Source of the DNA: an uncultured Candidatus Saccharibacteria bacterium
GTDB taxonomy: Bacteria > Patescibacteriota > Minisyncoccia > Phycocordibacterales > UBA9973
NCBI GenBank assembly: GCA_964613525.1
Contig: CAZTIN010000001.1
Coordinates: forward strand, 1 to 49,141
Reading direction: 5' to 3'
DNA: 49,141 nt
Positions 44,986 to 49,141 of the stretch are shown piece by piece (position 1 is the first letter of the stretch; each line of letters begins with the position of its first letter). A model generated the notes under the pieces. The model was not told the DNA's origin. It saw nothing but the letters and a program-made list of their open reading frames with translations, and ran no database searches. Made by a program: the position numbers and the translations under genes.

Positions 44986-47900
44986 CTAAGACTCAGTTGG
45001 TGTTGGAGCTGGTTCTAGGTTTGGTTCAGGAGTTGGTGTTGGAGCTGGTTCTGGGGTTGGCTCAGGATCTGGAGTTGGAGCTGTTTCTGGTGACGGCTCA
45101 GGGGTAGGTTCAGAAACTGGAGTCTCAGTAGGTGTAGTTTCTTCTGGATTATTTTCTACTGGGTCTTCTGATGGGGTCTCAGTAGGAGTTGGAGCTGGTG
45201 GGTTAGATGATCCTCCTTGATATGAGTTAGCACCAGCTGCTTGCATTAAATTATCAAGGTCACTCTTTGTAATACAAGTCCTAGTTCCATCATCCCCTGC
45301 TAGACAAATTTTCTTAGATTCAAGTTCTTTTGTAAAGATCTTTTCTATTCCATTACTTGCGTTAGCTAATAGGTTCTTTACTCTTGAACCAAAACTGTTA
45401 GCAAGAGTAGTGTCCAATGACTCAAGGTCTGTAAATTTTGTATCTATTTCGTTCTTTATGTCTTGAATTGATTTAACAACAAGTGGTGTAAGTTTAGAAT
45501 AATCAACCATCCAAGTTCCATTTATTTCATCTACTGGCTTAGTAACAGCTGATGGGTAAACTTCGTAAAGCTCTTGTGCTAACACACCATAAGATAATTT
45601 ATGTTCTGCATCAGCAATCCATGTATAATTATGAATTTTAATGTTCATTAAATCACCAACGGTTAGAGAGCTATCAGTAATGTTTTCCTTTAGGCGCATA
45701 TCAGAAGTAGTATTATATGCTGTCACAGATGAACCAAAAGTAATAGATCCGACTGTAGTACCGTTACCGTCACGGAATTCAACCAATGTTGATGGCCCGG
45801 TAGCAGTGTGGTCATCTAGCCCAGCTTGAACGAGAATACCTGACCTGGTAGTTGCATTACCATCGTTAAAGAATGAAGCTACGAAACTTGCAATATCTGC
45901 TTCAACATCAAGTTTGTAGTCAGGTGTAGTATCACCAATACCGACATCAGCTCCATTACCTAAAATAACTGAGTTAGATTGTGCTAATGATACATTATAA
46001 CCGACAGCTGTAGCATTAGATATACCGTCCACTGACCAGGTAGTAAGAGAACCTAGGAATGTGTTATTTGAACCAGTAAGAGCACTACCCACACTTGTAG
46101 CTGAACCGTTACCAGCACCAGCACCAATTGCTGTGTTGTTTGAACCAGTTGTTAGTTTAGACAATGAAAGTGCACCTACTGTTGTATTAAGACCTCCATT
46201 AGCACGTGATAGAGACTGCCTACCAATAGCAACGTTTTTATGCCCAGAAGATCCATTATAACCATTAGAAGCTGTACTGTTAGCTAATATATCTTGACCT
46301 ATAAATATACCCTGGTTTTGCTCACCTGAGCCTCCGATATTTGTACCAATAGCGATAACTAGAGACCCGTCAGTTTGGTTTGCCCCACTCAAAATACTAC
46401 TACCCAATAGCACACTCTGAGTAAAAGCAGTAACAGTTGTTGTACTTGATAGAATGTTTTGACCGATAGCGATACCGCCATAATCACTAATACCTGATGA
46501 TGGAGTTGATGTAGCAGTTTGCTCAGCAGAACCAGATCCAATACCACGTCCAAAGAATATACTTAGGTTACTGTTTGATGTCTGATTAGCGGCTTTCAAG
46601 AATGAACTATTCTGATAAACGGTTGAGTCTGTCTGCATGTATTTTGAGTACAGTAAGTCAGATGAATTATCAAATGTAAAGTTAGTTGCATCTTCTGTAA
46701 GGTAACCACTTGTTGTAGCAAAAGGAATAGAATTAGCAGTAAACGCAGTTGCGGTTGAATTTTGAAGCAATATGTTTCTGTCAGAGTTTGCTGGTGAGAA
46801 ATATAGTTGTGTACCATCATATTCTACAGCCCCGGCTTCAGCAGTAGTCAGGTTGGTACCTGATGTAAATTTAAGAGGTGCATTACTTGCTCCAGCTGAT
46901 CCCGCTGCCAAATGTAATTTAGCAGTAGGAGTTGTAATACCTGTTATACCCCAACGACCTGACGAGTCGGCTTGCAATCTTATATTCCCATCACCATCAG
47001 AAATAATTATATTATTATCTGCTGTCGCGATACCTGCACCCTCGTTACCTCCCAAAATAACGTTTTTAGAACCGGTGGTTATCTGATAACCTGCACGATA
47101 ACCAAAAGCTTGGTTACGTGACCCAGTTGCAGCAACCAAAGCACCCTGACCAACGGCTGTATTATAAGAAGATGAAGCAGTATTTAAAGCATAATAACCA
47201 ATAGCAACATTTTGAGTACCTGTGGTATTTGTGGTTAATGTGTAACCACCGAGAGTAGTATTATAACTACCTGTTGTAAACCTACCTGAGTAATAACCGA
47301 CAGCGACGTTATGGTCACCTGATGTACCTTGAGTTAAAGCAAGGGCCCCCAAGGCAATATTAGCTGTACCGGCAGTATTTAAAGCAAGAGCACCAGTTCC
47401 TAATGCTGTATTGTAAGTACCAATATTTGTTGCAACAAGTGCACCATTACCCACAGCAAGGTTAGTTGCCACATTGCCTCCACCACGACCAAACGTTTGA
47501 CTATTTACAGTAATATCACTATTAAATGTTTTTGCACCAGCGAATGTTTGAGTACCTGTTGTTACAACTCCTCCGAAAGATGCAGACGCTGGCTCAAGAT
47601 TAATATTAAGTCCTGAAATAGTTGCACCATTAGCGTTAGGAGAAGATCCAATTGCCGCCATAGAAAGAGAGTTACATGCCTGCCATTCAAGTAATGCTCC
47701 ACCGCCGGTCTCATATGTTAAACAGTATTCATCAGTTGCTGTACCTTGAGTAGCCAGGTCTCCAGCAACAATAGATCCGTCTAAGATTTCAGCGCTACCA
47801 ATAGAGCCAGTTGGTAATACCACTTCACTATCACCTGAACCGTCTGTTGTGAAAGTTATAGCAGTTACGCTTGAACTACCTAATGCAATTGATGTTGCAG

Positions 47901-49141
47901 TTGATGTACCAATACTTAACACACCTGCAGTAGACCTTGTAAAGTAATCTCCACGAATTGTGCCAGTTGTTGTAATGTTATCACCTCCAACATCGATAGC
48001 TCCGAATCCGGTACCAATAGAACCTGCAACCAGCACACCACTAGAATTAACTTGGAATGCATCACTTACTCCTACAGTAAGAGCTGAAGCTGGTGTTGCA
48101 TCCCCTATTCCCAATCTATTATTTGAATCATCCCAAAAGAAATTAGAATTATCTTCTGTAACATAACCGCTAGTTGTCGCAAATAATACTGAACCTGCAG
48201 TATAAGCAGTAGAACTACTGTTTTGAAGCAATATGTTTCTATCAGATATTGCTGGTGAGAAATACAGTTGTGTTCCATCATATTCTACAGCCCCGGCTTC
48301 AGCAGTAGTCAGGTTGGTACCTGATGTAAATTTAAGAGGTGCAGTTGATGCAGTTGCAGTACCAGCAGCCAGGTGTACTAATGCTGTAGGAGTAGAAGAA
48401 CTGTCTCCAACGAATATTTTTCCATTGAGCTTAGCAGATGATCTTGAAGTTAAGTTAAGAGCAAGAGTACCAGATGAGTCATAAAGATTCATGTTACCAC
48501 CGTCTACGTGAATATAAGAACCTCCATTAGATGAACGATATGAGTAAGTATAGACACCAACACCAGGCTGAATGCTGCCTGAACCACCGGAAGTAGCAAA
48601 GTTAATCTGTCCATTATCTTGGATACTAAATCTTTCTACTGCTGAAGAGTTGTTATAAACAAATCCTTTTGTAGTAGTTGTACCAGTACCCTGAACAAGT
48701 AATCTTGCTGTTGTTGAAGCTGTAGCACCAAGACCTAGGGTTTTATTAGTATTATCCCAGTTTAAGAGTGCGTCTTCTTGAAGAACATTACCTGAGCCTT
48801 CAAATAATAGTCTTCCGGAAGCACCAGAAGATATCGCTGTTGTTCCAACAGTAAGACCTGCTCCACAAGCTTGCCATTCAAGTAGTGCTCCACCACCAGT
48901 CTCATATGTTAAACAGTATTCATCAGTTGCTGTACCTTGGGTTGTTAAGTCACCCGCAACTAGACCTGAAGTAGATAACACTCCTGAGGCATCAGTATGG
49001 ACGACTCCTGCTGAAGAAAGTCCTGAGAATGTGATAGTACCTGAAGATGTAATACCTGTAGCTGCAGCAATTGCACCACTAGAGTTAACCTGAAACGCAT
49101 CACTAGCACCCACAGTAAGAAGTGCTGCTGGAGTAGAATCA
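44986..49141 (-). CDS. Giant tail-fibre-like surface protein (>1384 aa; 5' end beyond the window), paralogue of 42902..44947
   Basis: The frame stays open upstream of the track's GTG (49113) to the window edge (...DSTPAALLTVGASDAFQVNSSG, matching internal repeats). The C-terminal roughly 640 aa are collinear with the 681-aa neighbour, including TSDMRLKENI...YGVLAQELYEVYP...YSKLTPLVVKSIQDI. Pro/Thr/Glu-rich tail. Confidence 0.7.
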   Translation of the reverse strand, partial: DSTPAALLTVGASDAFQVNSSGAIAAATGITSSGTITFSGLSSAGVVHTDASGVLSTSGLVAGDLTTQGTATDEYCLTYETGGGALLEWQACGAGLTVGTTAISSGASGRLLFEGSGNVLQEDALLNWDNTNKTLGLGATASTTARLLVQGTGTTTTKGFVYNNSSAVERFSIQDNGQINFATSGGSGSIQPGVGVYTYSYRSSNGGSYIHVDGGNMNLYDSSGTLALNLTSRSSAKLNGKIFVGDSSSTPTALVHLAAGTATASTAPLKFTSGTNLTTAEAGAVEYDGTQLYFSPAISDRNILLQNSSSTAYTAGSVLFATTSGYVTEDNSNFFWDDSNNRLGIGDATPASALTVGVSDAFQVNSSGVLVAGSIGTGFGAIDVGGDNITTTGTIRGDYFTRSTAGVLSIGTSTATSIALGSSSVTAITFTTDGSGDSEVVLPTGSIGSAEILDGSIVAGDLATQGTATDEYCLTYETGGGALLEWQACNSLSMAAIGSSPNANGATISGLNINLEPASASFGGVVTTGTQTFAGAKTFNSDITVNSQTFGRGGGNVATNLAVGNGALVATNIGTYNTALGTGALALNTAGTANIALGALALTQGTSGDHNVAVGYYSGRFTTGSYNTTLGGYTLTTNTTGTQNVAIGYYALNTASSSYNTAVGQGALVAATGSRNQAFGYRAGYQITTGSKNVILGGNEGAGIATADNNIIISDGDGNIRLQADSSGRWGITGITTPTAKLHLAAGSAGASNAPLKFTSGTNLTTAEAGAVEYDGTQLYFSPANSDRNILLQNSTATAFTANSIPFATTSGYLTEDATNFTFDNSSDLLYSKYMQTDSTVYQNSSFLKAANQTSNSNLSIFFGRGIGSGSAEQTATSTPSSGISDYGGIAIGQNILSSTTTVTAFTQSVLLGSSILSGANQTDGSLVIAIGTNIGGSGEQNQGIFIGQDILANSTASNGYNGSSGHKNVAIGRQSLSRANGGLNTTVGALSLSKLTTGSNNTAIGAGAGNGSATSVGSALTGSNNTFLGSLTTWSVDGISNATAVGYNVSLAQSNSVILGNGADVGIGDTTPDYKLDVEADIASFVASFFNDGNATTRSGILVQAGLDDHTATGPSTLVEFRDGNGTTVGSITFGSSVTAYNTTSDMRLKENITDSSLTVGDLMNIKIHNYTWIADAEHKLSYGVLAQELYEVYPSAVTKPVDEINGTWMVDYSKLTPLVVKSIQDIKNEIDTKFTDLESLDTTLANSFGSRVKNLLANASNGIEKIFTKELESKKICLAGDDGTRTCITKSDLDNLMQAAGANSYQGGSSNPPAPTPTETPSEDPVENNPEETTPTETPVSEPTPEPSPETAPTPDPEPTPEPAPTPTPEPNLEPAPTPTES
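44989..45201 (-). repeat. Degenerate tandem repeats encoding the (P-T/E-P)n tail of the giant fibre protein
   Basis: Reiterated GGTTCTGG/GTTGGAGCTGG-type units; translated as ...PTPEPSPETAPTPDPEPTPEPAPTPTPEPNLEPAPTPTES. Confidence 0.75.
46760..46882 (-). repeat. Intragenic repeat copy 1 (123 nt; partner 48221-48343)
   Basis: About 5 mismatches over 123 nt by eye; encodes ...APLKFTSGTNLTTAEAGAVEYDGTQLYFSPA.SDRNILLQNS. Confidence 0.85.
47681..47748 (-). repeat. Intragenic repeat copy 1 (68 nt; partner 48872-48939) encoding the Cys-bracketed module QGTATDEYCLTYETGGGALLEWQA
   Basis: About 3 mismatches over 68 nt by eye. Confidence 0.85.
48221..48343 (-). repeat. Intragenic repeat copy 2 (partner 46760-46882)
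   Basis: See the partner entry. Confidence 0.85.
48872..48939 (-). repeat. Intragenic repeat copy 2 (partner 47681-47748)
   Basis: See the partner entry. Confidence 0.85.

Noticed and set aside
46760-48939. The near-identical repeat pairs in the fibre gene as a diversity-generating retroelement (TR/VR pair)
   Set aside because: The mismatches I see are not confined to adenine positions of one copy. Both copies are inside the same ORF, and no reverse transcriptase or accessory gene is present in the window.
42902-49141. The fibre genes as part of a prophage
   Set aside because: No other phage-like genes are present in the 49 kb. The neighbour is gyrB, composition looks like the rest of the window, and the genes have the same promoter architecture as the housekeeping genes. 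This cannot be fully excluded because the region beyond 49141 is unseen.

Overview
AT-rich, very gene-dense bacterial chromosome segment with about 39 CDS and one tRNA, mostly on the minus strand and almost entirely housekeeping. All calls come from reading motifs by eye; no searches were run.

Gene content in order:
- uvrC (5' part), uvrA and uvrB
- an orphan 608-aa gene
- DUF1653-tgt-mreC-mreB-proS
- rpsB-tsf
- tRNA-Thr(UGU)
- a thioredoxin-like / GT2 synthase / DsbA-like trio
- an rpoB-rpoC-dnaG-rpoD block
- trmD, a KH-domain gene and rpsP
- rnr
- nusB(Nudix fusion)-rnc-smc
- rpmF, thrS and gyrB
- two tandem paralogous giant tail-fibre-like surface protein genes; the second runs off the 3' edge of the window

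Domain-minimised enzymes (ProRS without the INS domain, ThrRS without TGS, a roughly 760-aa SMC, compact RNAP subunits) and the giant surface proteins suggest a reduced, possibly episymbiotic (CPR/Patescibacteria-like) genome. This is inference only.

Most notable observations:
1. uvrA is split in the ORF track by a single in-frame TGA that sits exactly on a universally conserved glycine. TGA is otherwise almost unused as a stop in this window: I count 30 TAA, 6 TAG and 1 TGA.
2. A TGnTAnnnT extended -10 box lies only 6-11 nt upstream of many start codons, with no Shine-Dalgarno sequences, implying leaderless or near-leaderless mRNAs. This also relocates several start codons.
3. The tandem fibre proteins carry phage-type C-terminal auto-cleaving chaperone domains but have no phage gene context.
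4. The 3' end of tRNA-Thr is duplicated as a 21-bp direct repeat, resembling an att scar.
5. There is a hinge-less mini-SMC and a NusB-Nudix fusion.

No CRISPR array, transposase, integrase or rRNA was seen.
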